Positions 49,385 through 62,259 of a stretch of DNA of 64,000 nucleotides are shown here, piece by piece. How positions within the stretch are numbered: position 1 is the first letter of the stretch; every line of letters starts with the position of its first letter. The notes under the pieces are model-generated. The model saw only the letters and a program-made list of their open reading frames with translations, searched no databases and had not been told where the DNA came from. The DNA is from Octopus sinensis. Its lineage: Eukaryota. The stretch spans positions 46,872,001 to 46,936,000 of the forward strand of contig NC_042999.1 of the NCBI RefSeq assembly GCF_006345805.1, in the 5' to 3' direction. The translations under genes and the position numbers were made by a program.

Positions 49385-50170
49385 GTCATCGGGCTTATCC
49401 CGTATCTAAAAATTTAATTTCTTTGCTGAACGAGTCCTTTTAATGGTGATGGCGTTCATGACTCTGTAGACCAATTCTTGTATAGAAGGATCAATAGCAT
49501 TGACTGCATGGTTGTTGGTGGAGGACCATATTGATTTTGTCGGGCCTCTCCTTCTTATCGTTTGATTTCTTCCATTTCTCTTCTGATGGCTTCGAAGATG
49601 GTGATGGAAGCCCACCACTTTGTACAGTCACGAGATTTTTTTTTTATTTCCAATTATTTAGGCTCAAGTTTAGTAGCTCTCATTGTTACTTTGATTTTGT
49701 CCTTGTATCATCACAGAGAGCAACCCTGTGCGCGTTTTCCTGAATTGAGCTCACTGAATAAGATTTGATGTGTAAAACATGTCTCTTTCATTCTTGCTAT
49801 GTGTCCTGACCATCGCAGACGGTCTTTCATGATCAGAGGTTTGATGCTTTGACTGTTGGCTCTGTCCAAGTCTTTGTTGTTGGTAAAATGGCGTCCCCAT
49901 TTGATGCTCAAAATTGAACAAAGCTCTTGCTGGTGAATCCGTTCTAACATTTGGATGAGGCGACTTTATAGAGTCCAGGTTTCGCAGCCATATAGCAAGG
50001 CTAAAATGACAACAGCATTACAGACCATAATGTTAGTTGCTGAATTTAGATATATGTTGTTGAAGATGCTTTTCATTAGCTTTTCAACTTTCTTCTATGC
50101 AGCTCCAATTTTGTGTTCCACATCTGTTTCTGATGTACACTGGTTTGATAAGGTTATATAGATATGCAAA
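49385..50170 (-). mobile_element. RTE-clade LINE ORF2 3' fragment, decayed
   Basis: AVVILALLYGCETWTL...LERIHQQELCSILSIKW...DRLRWSGHIARM...LFSELNSGKR, canonical RTE post-RT motifs. Confidence 0.9.
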
Positions 50171-50849
50171 ATGCTCTACCTTTTCAGAAGGTGTACCGGA
50201 TCACGTTTTTCCATCTTCGATCGCTTTGTTCACATACGACATAAATCAGTGCTGGCTGTAGTTTCTAAAGAAAATCTGTAGAGATAATCTTAAAAAGTGA
50301 TTTAATCGCACCGATAACATGGTAGGAGACGAGGGGCACAGGATTGAGTTATAAAGCGTTTCATATACTTTGCAGTATATTATGATCGCATATCGAGATA
50401 CAGTGCCCCTTCAAGTATATATGTTCATACCAACAGCCAGGAATATGTTTAATATGTAAAATTTGTATGTAAAATAGTATTACACCGTTATACTTACTAG
50501 TTATTTAAGCTATGAGCACCAGAATGGTTAATGGAGTGATTGCGGTGCTGAAGAGGGAGCAAAAATTTCTGAAATGCACATATACCCATAAACTATATTT
50601 CCATTTTCGATCGCATTGTTTACATTAGACGTTCGGATACGAAACGTAGTAGCAAATCAGTGTTGCTTATAATTTCTAAAGAATATTTGTAGATATAACC
50701 TTGAAAAATAATAAATGAGATTATCAATAGCTTTTATACTTCGAAACCCTATTACTACTACATATATAGGTACAACATATATTGGTAGGTCTTAACATAG
50801 ACCATGCGAAAAGAAAATATATGTAGTCAAAAGACGTAAGCACAAGACC

Positions 50850-51410
50850 GAATAAAGGTTGGAAGTGATGAAATCGAGGTGAAGAAGTACGTCTACTTAG
50901 GGCAGACAGTAAATATGCTTCGAGGTATGGATGCTGTAATCTCAAACAGAATAAGGGCAGAATGGAAGTTATACAACTCAATTCCGGAATTGATCCACAC
51001 AAAGCTAGACACTACCATAAGTGACTCTTCTATAGCACCACCCTACCAGCGCTCTTATAAGCTACTAAAAAGTGTTTAGAACATCGATTGACTACCATGC
51101 AAAGGTCAATGGAAGCATATATGCTTGTAACAACACTAAGAGAGTACATTCGAAGTTAGATAATTCGAGAACGAAGCGGAGTAAATGATGTGATTGCAAT
51201 TTCTGCTGGTCATGTCACAAGGTTAACGAACAACAGATAGAGTAGTACAGGTTCCGAGTGAGATGCAAGGGATGGGAAAAGGCCATTCAGAAGGTTTACA
51301 CAACGATGAGAAGACGAATTGGGCAAGCCATGTGGGTCAAGATGGAAGAGAATGGTTCAATCAAGACAAAATGGGAAGTGCATTGTGACCAGCGGTGTAT
51401 AACTGCATCT
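50850..51410 (+). mobile_element. Second RTE-like LINE fragment, decayed
   Basis: KYVYLGQTVN...ISNRIRAEW..., TTMQRSMEAYML..TLREYIRS*IIRERSGVNDVI..AGHVTRL, matching YLG / QR.MER.ML / WAGH motifs. Confidence 0.75.
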
Positions 51411-52334
51411 GATGGTCTGGTCGATTCTGTGATACTGTGATATATACATTGGTGTGTATCAAGGTGTGTGCGTGTGTGTACGTGTGTGCGCTTGTGTGTG
51501 TGTTTGTGTTTTCTAGTATTGTACTAAATACAATGGATATTTAGATTTGACCATAATTACCCTAAGTTGAAGAGTTCTTATAAAATCCAGATCTGTTTGG
51601 TGTTATCAGCGTATCGATCAGACATCGGATCTTTTCCTCGGTTTATATATCCATTGAGTTTACTCGCTTTGCATTTTAGTGAATTCTTCTGCGACTTTGA
51701 AAAGGGTTAGTATTAATGGTGATAAGTATTTTGTGTATTACCAGCAAAAATTTAATTGATTAAACATTTGTTATCTAACTTAGCTTAATCATTGGATGCT
51801 TCTAGAAAGCATATGTGTTTATATACTCAAAAGCATCCCTTGGAGATTTGGTAGAAACCATATTTCAATTTGTTTATTCAGTGACTGCATGTGTGTGTGT
51901 GTGTATCGTATGGGTGTGTTTGTATTTGTGTATGTTTTGATGTAATGTTTTCGCCTTTTCTGCCACTATAGCGAGAAAGCATTGTATGATCTTTAAAAAA
52001 TAATTATATTTTCAAATTACATTTGTGGAAGAATAGTAACGTTGTATTTTGAACTACTTACGCAAGCAATAACTTTCTTTCCATTGATTAATGCTAGGAA
52101 GATTTAGCCATTTTAGGATTAAATAAATTGGATAATTACATAGAAACCTAATTTAAATGGTTACATATGTTCAAAATGTGAATACTTACATTTCACGACC
52201 TCTCTCTTGAAACACATATATAACTATATATGTAGTATGAACAAGATCTCAAACAATACACATGCGTATTTATATGAATACAATGAGTGAAGTATAATTA
52301 CTTTAGTTCAACATTATGTTGATTTCTAATTTTA

Positions 52335-52535
52335 GCAGAAGGTCAGAAAATTCGGGAACAGAAACGAGTAGACTACATCGACCTCATTGATCCACTTGTA
52401 CTTATTTTATCGACCCCGAAAAGATGAAAGTTAAAGTCAACCTCGGTGGAATTAGAACTCAGAACGTAAGGATGAATGAAATAACGCTAAGCATTTTGTC
52501 CGGCTTGTTAACTATTCTGCCAGTTTACCACCTTT
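52335..52535 (-). mobile_element. SINE family A
   Basis: ttttatcgaccccgaaaagatgaaagttaaagtcaacctcggtggaattagaactcagaacg. Confidence 0.75.
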
Positions 52536-53879
52536 TCCACCTAAATTTTTGCTTATATCTGCATAAATTACGTGTAGTGCCTTAAAGACTTTTATAATTA
52601 TTAACTTAATTTGTAATTTCAGTATTGTAATTACAGTATTTGTAAATATAATTATTTGATAGATTAAAAACAAAAATGATTTATTTCTTGTATCTATCAA
52701 TTTCTTTTCTTCGATGAATTTACTGCCGTTTTCTGAATTAAACGAAAATTCTCAATGGAGTGTTTTATTTTATAAAAACTCTATTAATACTGTAACATAT
52801 TACCTAATAAATGATCGACAAATAAATAATAAATGCTGCAGCTTGTCGAATACATGAGCACAGTAAATCTTTCTGATGAAACATTTACATCTACACGAGT
52901 AAAACAAATACAATATCTCGGTTCGAAATGATAAATAATACGAGACTCTCAGGAGTGTTATCACACGAAACAAACAGCTGACGATATACAGTGCGAATTT
53001 AAAGTGATACTTATCGTGGAACGATATTCAGATACCAACTTCTAATCTATTTTTCTCGCTTGTTGAAATTGTTTATGATGAAGTATGAAAATATGAAGAG
53101 AAAATTACGTATGATTATTCAATGATATAGAAATATAATGATCGTGTGAGATAATATATTGCTTCCCTGTTATAACAATAAGTAAAAACAAAATAAATTC
53201 CACAAAAAACAAACAAAAATATATCAGGAGATATGATTCGAGATTCAAACACTTTGATAAAAAAAACTTCTATGAAATAATTTACTAGATTATCCATTCA
53301 CGAACGGAATATATCTCTATTGAATCCACTACTTCGGTATAGTTGCAGACCTACAGATGTGGTTCAATTTTTTAAATATTTACCAAAGTTATATAATCAG
53401 ATATAATTATAGTTAAAATACTTTAAGAACAAACTGGTATAACAAAATATATTAGACGTTCTTAGCAATATTCAATCTTTTCTTGGTAAATTACGCAACT
53501 TAGAATTATAGCGGAATCGTAGACTGAATCGAAAGGACATATAGCATTAAATGATGCTTTGTACAGATTAATCGACATATGTTTATACAGTCAACACCCT
53601 GCCACACACACCCACACACGCACGTACACACTATCAAAATCTTCCTACATCAGAGAAGATTTCCTGCCTATTTCAGGTACTTTTGTTTTGTTTTTTGCGT
53701 GACTGTAGAAACCCATATTCGACGGAAAAATGGGATAGCATTCTCTGCATTGGATTTTTGGGTTTTTTTCTCTTCATCATCCGATGTTTCTGGTGTTTCG
53801 TAATGTCTGTCTTGAGAAAAGCATACGCAGCGTGAATAAATGAAGTTCGACCATTGTTTTCTATCGTTTGTAAGGGCTT

Positions 53880-54800
53880 CGAATACTTATAACCTTATGT
53901 TGTAGAGTGAGAATCTGTTCTCCAAGACGTCCCTCAATCCCAGCTGAGGTCTTCCATGATTACAGTTTTCTGTTTTCATTTAAAAGAAATTATCTGTTTC
54001 TGAAGTGGATTATGGTCCTTTCTTGAAATATTGCCAAATAAGCCACACGATTATCAGTTCCATGCTTGTCAGGTCTTCTTTCGTTCGCGATTAAATATAA
54101 ACACGGAACAATCGTTTGATTGAGTGATACTTCAAGATTCATGTCGCGATGTCGATAAGGATTCCATGAATCTTAAGCTTAACAAAGTGTGTTGTAATCA
54201 ACAGCTCCTTACATGACAGCATGGTGGTAGATTTGAAGCAGTAGTTGTTGCAAACTGATTGATAAAGCTTTCTATACACTGTATAAGCTGCAGATATCCA
54301 TATCATGGAAATATTTGAAAGTAAGAAAGAACTAAAGTGTAGGAAGCGAGAAACCTATTTGATAGACTTGTTGATGTTTATGTCGATGCTTTTTTGGGTG
54401 GACATTGAGAGTTGTTCCACTTTGTGAGTCTTCTTTATATTAACTGCTATGTTGTGATCATATAGAACAAGAATCGTTTATTCGTGGTAGATTTTGCTAT
54501 GATTGAATGCAGCATTTTCATCTACATACTGCCTTTCTGAAATAGTATTTGTTGATGTTTTACACTTTGACAAGAATCTCCTTCAATTGAAGATATCTTC
54601 ATCATACCAGGTTCTTAGTTCTACATGTAAAGAAATTTTATTCATATTTATTACTGCCAGGTGAACAACACAATGATAAATAAGAGATGTTGTTGCTTAT
54701 TTTGCTCCTCTGGATCTTCTTTCAATTGAGTGATGGCAAAATTCATATCTGCCATATTACATTGAGAAGGAAAGGTGTTATGCAACTATGTAGCATTCAA
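53880..54800 (-). mobile_element. Possible very old CR1/L2-type LINE RT remnant
   Basis: Only FVKLKIHGILIDIAT*ILKYHSIKRLFRV (~54100-54190) resembles KL..YGI...LL.WI..YL..R..RV; the rest is unreadable. Confidence 0.3.
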
Positions 54801-57664
54801 TTGTACAAAAATGTGTAACCTGCTCCCACTTTTGTCCTCTGGCAGGTATTCAGCTCTCATATTATGCTGCAATGCTAAGGATGTATTTTTGAAGTCTACT
54901 CCCAAATAGGACTGATCTTTCCTGCCTAGCACACTCTGTTTCCCTTCCTTCCATCTGCTTACAATATTCCAAATATTCAAGAGCTAAAGCAATTCTAGTA
55001 GATAAGCTTCTATTGATACCACTACATTGTACCACTATCTTGTATTTTAACTCATTAGACCAGACCGTTTGATCCAGTTGCCGATTTTTAGTCCCCATTT
55101 TCTAAGCGCATCCTATTAGGCATCGTGGGACATTGGTCTTAAACAGTCCCTTCTCGTACATGAGTGTCCAACTAATATTCCAATACAACTCCCGTAAATT
55201 GACACAGCATTTGTTGTCTCCCAGGATGCCAGTATGATCCTCAAGACTAGCGTTCATAAAACCTTTCTCATATTAGACACATTTTGCCAACCCTAGAACA
55301 CAGAGTAATTTAGGTTGGTGACTATCATCCACATATTTCAAGGAAGTGAAAGCACCCTATAAAACCGTATAACTTAGTACAGACCTAATTCTTTAGTACA
55401 TTTACATTTGTGACTTTGTAAGGTAGTGTCAACTGCAGTCATGTTATGAAATGCCGTATTATCGTCAGGTCAATTGGCAGGAGCCTCAGTTAGAATAACT
55501 GGATTCCTTTGTAGTGCTGCAGCAAATGTTTGACTAAACGTTTCGTCTCCTCTGCTAGCTACATGTACCTGTGCACTACACAAGGCGGCCAGACTCACTT
55601 TATCAAAACTGAGTCACTGGGATTGAGTTTTCTTGAATTAGCTGTGTTTCCTACTGACTCCTTACTTTTGTGTTAGGAATATGGTGTTAGACGGAAAACT
55701 GCTTAATTGGTTAGGCCCTATTCACAGGTAACCTCCATATCTGCAGTCCATCGAACTATCCGCCGCTCTTAATCGGGTCCTTTAACAGGTCAACTCCAGT
55801 TCCCATATATAAATACTTATGGACAAACATACGCAAAAATATGCTCACATACGTACAAGCATATGTATGTCCACATTGTGAATTAGATATCATACCCAAT
55901 GAGATAAGGCTTTACAATGTAGATAGTAATGTACACATTGGCATCACTCTACTTCGAAAGGTATTTCCTTATATAATTATTACAGATTGTGTCTCTTTCT
56001 GGTACAATCACCGCTAGTTGGACATCAGCTGTACTGGAACAACTACTGTTTTGTAATTTGACTAAAACATAACTTGAGTCAATAAGAAACTTATGAATCA
56101 TCTCACTTCTTTTACTGAAAGCAGCCACATAGAATCGTTTAATGTCTATACACCTACGTTGGCATCTGATACTGAAGAGACAATAACTGCATTGATGAGA
56201 TGCAATCTATGCATTGATTAAGATACCAAAATATGGTGTTGTGAAAACTAAGAGCAATGTCATAAGACTAATTGATGTATGTGCCATGCCTTAAGTCATC
56301 AATGTGAGTACCATCTTTTAGCAGATGTGGAGGACATTAAGGATTCTTTACAGTCGTAAGGAAATCTTACTGGTGGATCATATTTGAATATTTGTACAAT
56401 GAGAGAAACAGAATGATAGAAAAAACAGCAGCACATTCTACTAATATAAAATTGCTAGTGCTCTCTATACGATATTGGGCAATAAGATACGTAACTGCAA
56501 GTTCGACTTTAAAATAACATTAGTCGCAGCTTAGTGCTCAAACTAGAGTTTTCGGGGAGATGACGAAGGCTGAATACATGAAAGTTTAATCTTCATGGGA
56601 GGTACATGTTATGATGATGTAATCGAAAATATAGAGGAAAACTCCTCAAGAATGGTTCAACGACACTTCGAGCTCAATCAGAAGTGCACGACGCCTATAT
56701 ATTTCTCGCCATTCACTAAAATAGAGTGTCGAGTTCTTCGCAGGAAGAGTCATGTGCCCTTTCTACCCTGACCAATTATCTATGGTGCATTGAAAATTTT
56801 CGATTATGACATCTAGATGCATGCATACAGATATCATAACTATGATTTAGCGTACTTTTCATTTTCGTGAACACATTGTTACTCGGAAAGATGGAAGGAA
56901 ATGGAAGTCATATTAACTTCCGATTCAACGAGGCCCTTTTTCGGCCCCGGATATAGGCCAACGCAAAGCTCAAATTTAATCACATCACCGAACATCTCTG
57001 TGCTGATGGCCTGTGCTCTGTTAAGCCAAACTTCATCTTACCAGTTTATGCAATGTTTGTCGGAACGATTATTAGGAAATTTGCCTTGATATTAGATCTT
57101 ACTCCTTGCTCCCAATTTTTCGCAGTGTAAACCGCCTTCCGTTTCAGGTTCCTAGGCAACATTAATTCCAACAAGTGTACAATAGATGTAAATCATTTAA
57201 ACTACATGGAACAGAATTCTTCATCGTTTTAAATGTCAACATTAGTCTTTGATACAAAGTATCATTGTATAACCCATATTCCACTGGTATATTCACAACA
57301 TGGAGTTCTTTAACAAACATTGTTTGCATAATAACTTTTTAGTGATAATGGTGACATGGGGTTACTTACAAGAAAATTACTTCGATGCATACTGCGTGTA
57401 TCTTAATTGTTTTCCGCGGTGGAATAATCAATCACAAGCCTCAAAATACTTAAGACTTGGTTTATGAGCCAAAGAATATGTACATTTCACATTGAATAGA
57501 AGCAACTTCTGCATTTCAAGAATGTAATGTATACTTACCCACGCCCATATTGATGTGCCAAAGCTATGGAGGGTTATCACACTCAAGTATTTCTAGACAA
57601 ACGAGGAATGAGGTATAGATTCAGAACAACTGTCTTTTCTCACCAAGATATTATATACTGATTT

Positions 57665-57880
57665 AAGGCGGGGAGCTGGCAGAAACGTTAGCACGCCGGG
57701 CGAAATGCTTAGCAGTGTTTCGTCTGTCTTTAATTTCTGAGATCAACTTCCGCCGAGGTCGACTTTGCCATTCATACTTTCCGAGTCAATAAATTAAGGA
57801 CCAGTTGCGTACTGGGGTCGATCTAATCGACTGGTCCATTCCCACAAAATTTCGGTCCTTTTGCCCAGGGCAGAAAATAA
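57665..57880 (+). mobile_element. SINE family A
   Basis: aaggcggggagctggcagaaacgttagcacgccgggcgaaatgcttagc... Confidence 0.85.
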
Positions 57881-58624
57881 AAGATTATATATCGATCTGC
57901 ATCCGAAGTTACACATAGGAAATGGGGTTTGAAGTTATCAAAGTATCAACTAATAAGGACTAGGATCAACATTATAGGATTACCAAATATATTTTGTAAT
58001 ATTTGGATCGAGAAAATTATATGTACATCATTCTGGTTCATATAATACTCATAAATACGGTTATTTCTCTCCATATTTTAAATGTACGAGTAATATACTT
58101 TCTAATCATGAAAGGTCGGAGTTAGAATATTATTGTATATTTCCAGAAGTTAAAATTGATGAAATATACATATTTAGGAAATGTAGCATCTTATTATATT
58201 CGCAATATAGATATAATTTATTATATGAGGTAATTCATTTACGAAATATATAACAACCACATATTTGTGATACGCCTGGTCATTTCGAAAGACAAAAACA
58301 AAAAAAAAAAAAAAAAAAGAAACCGTATGATTATCCTTTTATCCTTGCAAATATGTCTGACTTTATGACAGAATTAATTTCCTTTTTTGTGACAGTCGGA
58401 TATTCAGTGGAATACATTTATCTATTTCGCGATTTGAACTTGTGAAATATTTACCATGTTTTTCATTGTAGCCTCTTTGAATACGCTGATTATTAAACCG
58501 CTGGTACAGAATATCTAGTGCCACTGACACTCGAAACCAATGGAAATTAAAATTATTTCAGAACTTTCAGAAAAAGTATGAAGTATTTGTTGCCTGAATT
58601 AACATCATATTAGATTACAATGCA

Positions 58625-58672
<48 letters not shown>

Positions 58673-59862
58673 CATCATCATAATAATAATAATAATAATA
58701 ATATGTATATGACCAAATACATACCTTTTTACATTTTTTTTGCATCAATTTTTTCCTCAATACCAAGCAATTCAATATGTGGAATAATTTGAATTGATTC
58801 ATCTCGACATTTTACATGTGCAAAAACAATCCGTTTAAATAAATGAGGCTGAACTAATTGTGTCTTTATTGAAATGAAAAATTGAAGCATAGATTTTATG
58901 GGAGACAAGAATTTGAAAATTTCTCTATTTTTGTTTTTCTTATTTTTTTAATTGTTTTTTTTTTACAGCATTGTGAATATTACACTTTCTCCGCGTCGAT
59001 GAAGACATGGTGTATTTTCAGCATGATTCCATGAACCGGACACGAAGTGACTAATTGTGACTGTTACTGTTTAATAATTTCATTCTGACATTTCTTTTCT
59101 TTTCTTGTATATTTTAGCCAATAGATTATTAGCTCGGCAATCATGTATTCAAAAAGTGTTCACGTGTTATTGTAACAATTAATAATGCACTGTTAAACAT
59201 TTAGTCAATTCTATATATTGCTTTACTTACTATTCTATTCACAGTTCTTTTTTTTTTTGCGCCACAGCAGAGTGATCAATTCATTGGTCTGACTTGAATT
59301 TGTCTTGGTTTCTTACGTAGTCATTTCTATTCATCAAGCATTATGCTATTGCAGTATCTCCTCATCCGTTGCCCTTGTGTAAGAAAGAAATTGCAAATGT
59401 AGTATTTCTTATTATATTTACCAAAGTTAGGTACTCGCAGGCATCGTAGAATATCGGCAAAATGCCCCATGCGTTTAGTTACTGTCCCTTATCTTCTCAC
59501 TCTAAATATTGTCAAGGTCGTGTATTACTTTCATCCGTTTGAGAGAGATAAGACAAGCTGCTTGCGAATAGCAAAGTGACATAATTTAACTATTCCTTTC
59601 TAAGAACTTTATTTTATTATTTCTATGACAGAAATGTCTAATTGTCTTTGTTATCGCAGTTTTAATCATCACCATCATCATCATCATCACACTCGTTGGC
59701 ATCCCGGGCAGAAGTCTTGGCTGCATTTCATCTGTCTGTGTGTTTTGATTATAAATTCTGTCGAAGTCGGCATTGCCTTTCCAACTTTCGGGGTCATTAA
59801 AGTAAGTACCAGTTGACGTCAGGGGTCTTTGTAATAGACTTACGCAATCCCCTAAACTTGAA

Positions 59863-59931
<69 letters not shown>

Positions 59932-59957
59932 TAATAATAATAATCTTTATTATTACT

Positions 59958-60160
59958 GAGGCGGCGACCTGGAAAAATCGTTAGCACGTCGGGCCAAATT
60001 CTGAGCGGCATTTCGTCTGTGTTTACGATCTGAGTTCAAATTCCATCGTGGTCGGCTTTACTTTTCATCCTATCGGTATCGATATAATTAAGTACTAGTA
60101 AAATACTCTGGTCGATGTAAACGACTAGTCCTCTCCCACCAATATTTCAGGTCTTTAGCT
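59958..60160 (+). mobile_element. SINE family A (partial inverted copy at ~59755-59850)
   Basis: gaggcggcgacctggaaaaatcgttagcacgtcgggcc...; flanked by (TAA)/(ATT) repeats. Confidence 0.75.
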
Positions 60161-60771
60161 AAGACTAAGAAAAAATATTATTATTATTAATAATAATTAT
60201 TATTATTATTATTATTATTATTGTAATGCTATTACATACTAGTTTAGACATCTGCGATGTTTTCTTGTGGTCTGCTGACAAATATTCTCAAATCTCCAGC
60301 AATCTATGAAAGATTACTGCAGAATATAGGATAACACTTTTCAGAATATCGACAACATTTATACCAATTTAAATATCCTTCAGGCACTTAAATAACATTT
60401 TGGGTCTTTTGCCAAGTGCACCAATTGCTATAGAAACAGTTGCCATATTTGTCTTCTATAATCTTTTCGTCTATTTTGATATTTCTCAGTTTTATTAACT
60501 TATTTGTTATCCACTTTGTTATGATATGGTATTACAAAATCTGTGATCGTACACTTTTTGTTTGACTTTTACAAACGTATCTGGTTTTCTTGTTTCACTA
60601 ATGTGATCAGTCTCTATGGAGAAGTACCATAATGTCCTGCAATTAGTCGCTGCTACTGACCCTGGTTTGTATTCAAACTGCTGTCCTGAAACTGCTATTA
60701 CAATATATGTAATTCCAGCCAAATGCGTTGAGGATTCATTTGTACACTAACACACATACACAAACACAATA

Positions 60772-60819
<48 letters not shown>

Positions 60820-60880
60820 TAGATAGATAGATATCTACATATTTATATATATATATATCCATCTATATATCTAACTATAC

Positions 60881-60912
<32 letters not shown>

Positions 60913-61004
60913 GAATATATATATATATATCCATCTATATATCTAACTATACATATATATGTATATATATATATATAGATAGATAGATAGATATATACAT
61001 TTAC

Positions 61005-61049
<45 letters not shown>

Positions 61050-61075
61050 ATATCTAGATAGATATACACATTTAC

Positions 61076-61113
<38 letters not shown>

Positions 61114-61304
61114 ATATATACTTATAATAAAGGGTTTTTTGCAACAAGTTGCTTAAACCACATACCGAAAATATTAGAAATAGCAGTCAAAGGGCTACTA
61201 TTACTATTACTACAAAAATAAGTCTCCACAAACAACAGCATTTGTAACTCATATATGGTAAAAGAAGAAAGAAAAGCGACGAAAACACACAGTCTACTGG
61301 ATTA

Positions 61305-61362
61305 ATTATGGACGATCGTTTCTGGATTAGAATCGTAAAGTTCATTTCCTTATCAACATAAT
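61305..61362 (-). ncRNA. Hammerhead (U3-A8 variant), inverted copy
   Basis: Exact reverse complement of 61878-61935. Confidence 0.65.
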
Positions 61363-61877
61363 ATTTCCCATAAATCTTGAAAGGCTAGGAAAAACTTACC
61401 TCCTATAAAGACCATCTTCGTTTACCATATATGTGTTACAAATGCTATTGTTTGTGGAGACTTTTTTTGTAGTAATAGTAATTGAAGCTCTTTGACTGCT
61501 ATTTCTAATATTTTCGGTATGTGGTTTAAGCAACTTGTTGCAAAAAGCCGTTTATTATAATTATATAATTTTTACCGAATATGGACCTTTCCATACCGAA
61601 ATACTACTAGGTGAAATTTATTAATTTTATTAAATTAATTATATTTCACCCTTTATCTGTATTGAATTATTTTAATCCCCTACAATATAACTGCGAAACT
61701 TCGTTTCGGCAGCACTGTTTTTGTGACTCACGTGGTGGGATTTGGGGCGGGGGGGGAGATACGAATTCGCTTGTCTATATAAATGTGGATATGCTAGTGG
61801 TCTTATATCTTTCGATGTCGCTTGCTCGAATATATAGGAGGTAAGTTTTTCCTAGCATTTCTAGATTTATGGGAAAT

Positions 61878-61935
61878 ATTATGTTGATAAGGAAATGAAC
61901 TTTACGATTCTAATCCAGAAACGATCGTCCATAAT
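61878..61935 (+). ncRNA. Type-I hammerhead ribozyme, U3-A8 core variant with extended stem II
   Basis: auuaug UUGAUAA GGA-aaugaacuuuacgauucuaa-UCC a GAA AC-gauc-GU C cauaau. Perfect 6-bp stem I, palindromic GAUC loop, GUC triplet, one extra A before G12. Confidence 0.7.
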
Positions 61936-62207
61936 TAATCCAGTAGACTGTGTGTTTTCCTCGTTTTCCTTTCTTCTTTTACCATATATGAGTTACAAAT
62001 GCTGTTGTTTGTGGAGACTTATTTTTGTAGTAAGAGTAATAGTAGCCCTTTGAGTACTATTTCTAAAATTTCGGTATGTGGCTTAAGCAACTTGTTGCAA
62101 AAAACCCTTTATTATAATTATATAATTTTTACCGAATATGGTCCTTTCCATACCGAAATACTACTCGGTGTAATTTATTGATTTTATTAAATTAATTATA
62201 TTTCACC

Positions 62208-62259
<52 letters not shown>

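Larger units (their letters stand above)
61122..62213 (+). mobile_element. Non-coding PLE-type element: 286-bp inverted arm plus 236-bp direct repeats, HHR in both orientations
   Basis: 61122-61407 is the reverse complement of 61833-62117; 61421-61656 resembles 61978-62213; (TA)n on both flanks. Confidence 0.85.

Noticed and set aside
50205-50710. Diverged ~90-110-bp direct repeat at ~50205 and ~50598
   Set aside because: Old local duplication or repeat fragment; no ORF, TSD or ribozyme was seen.
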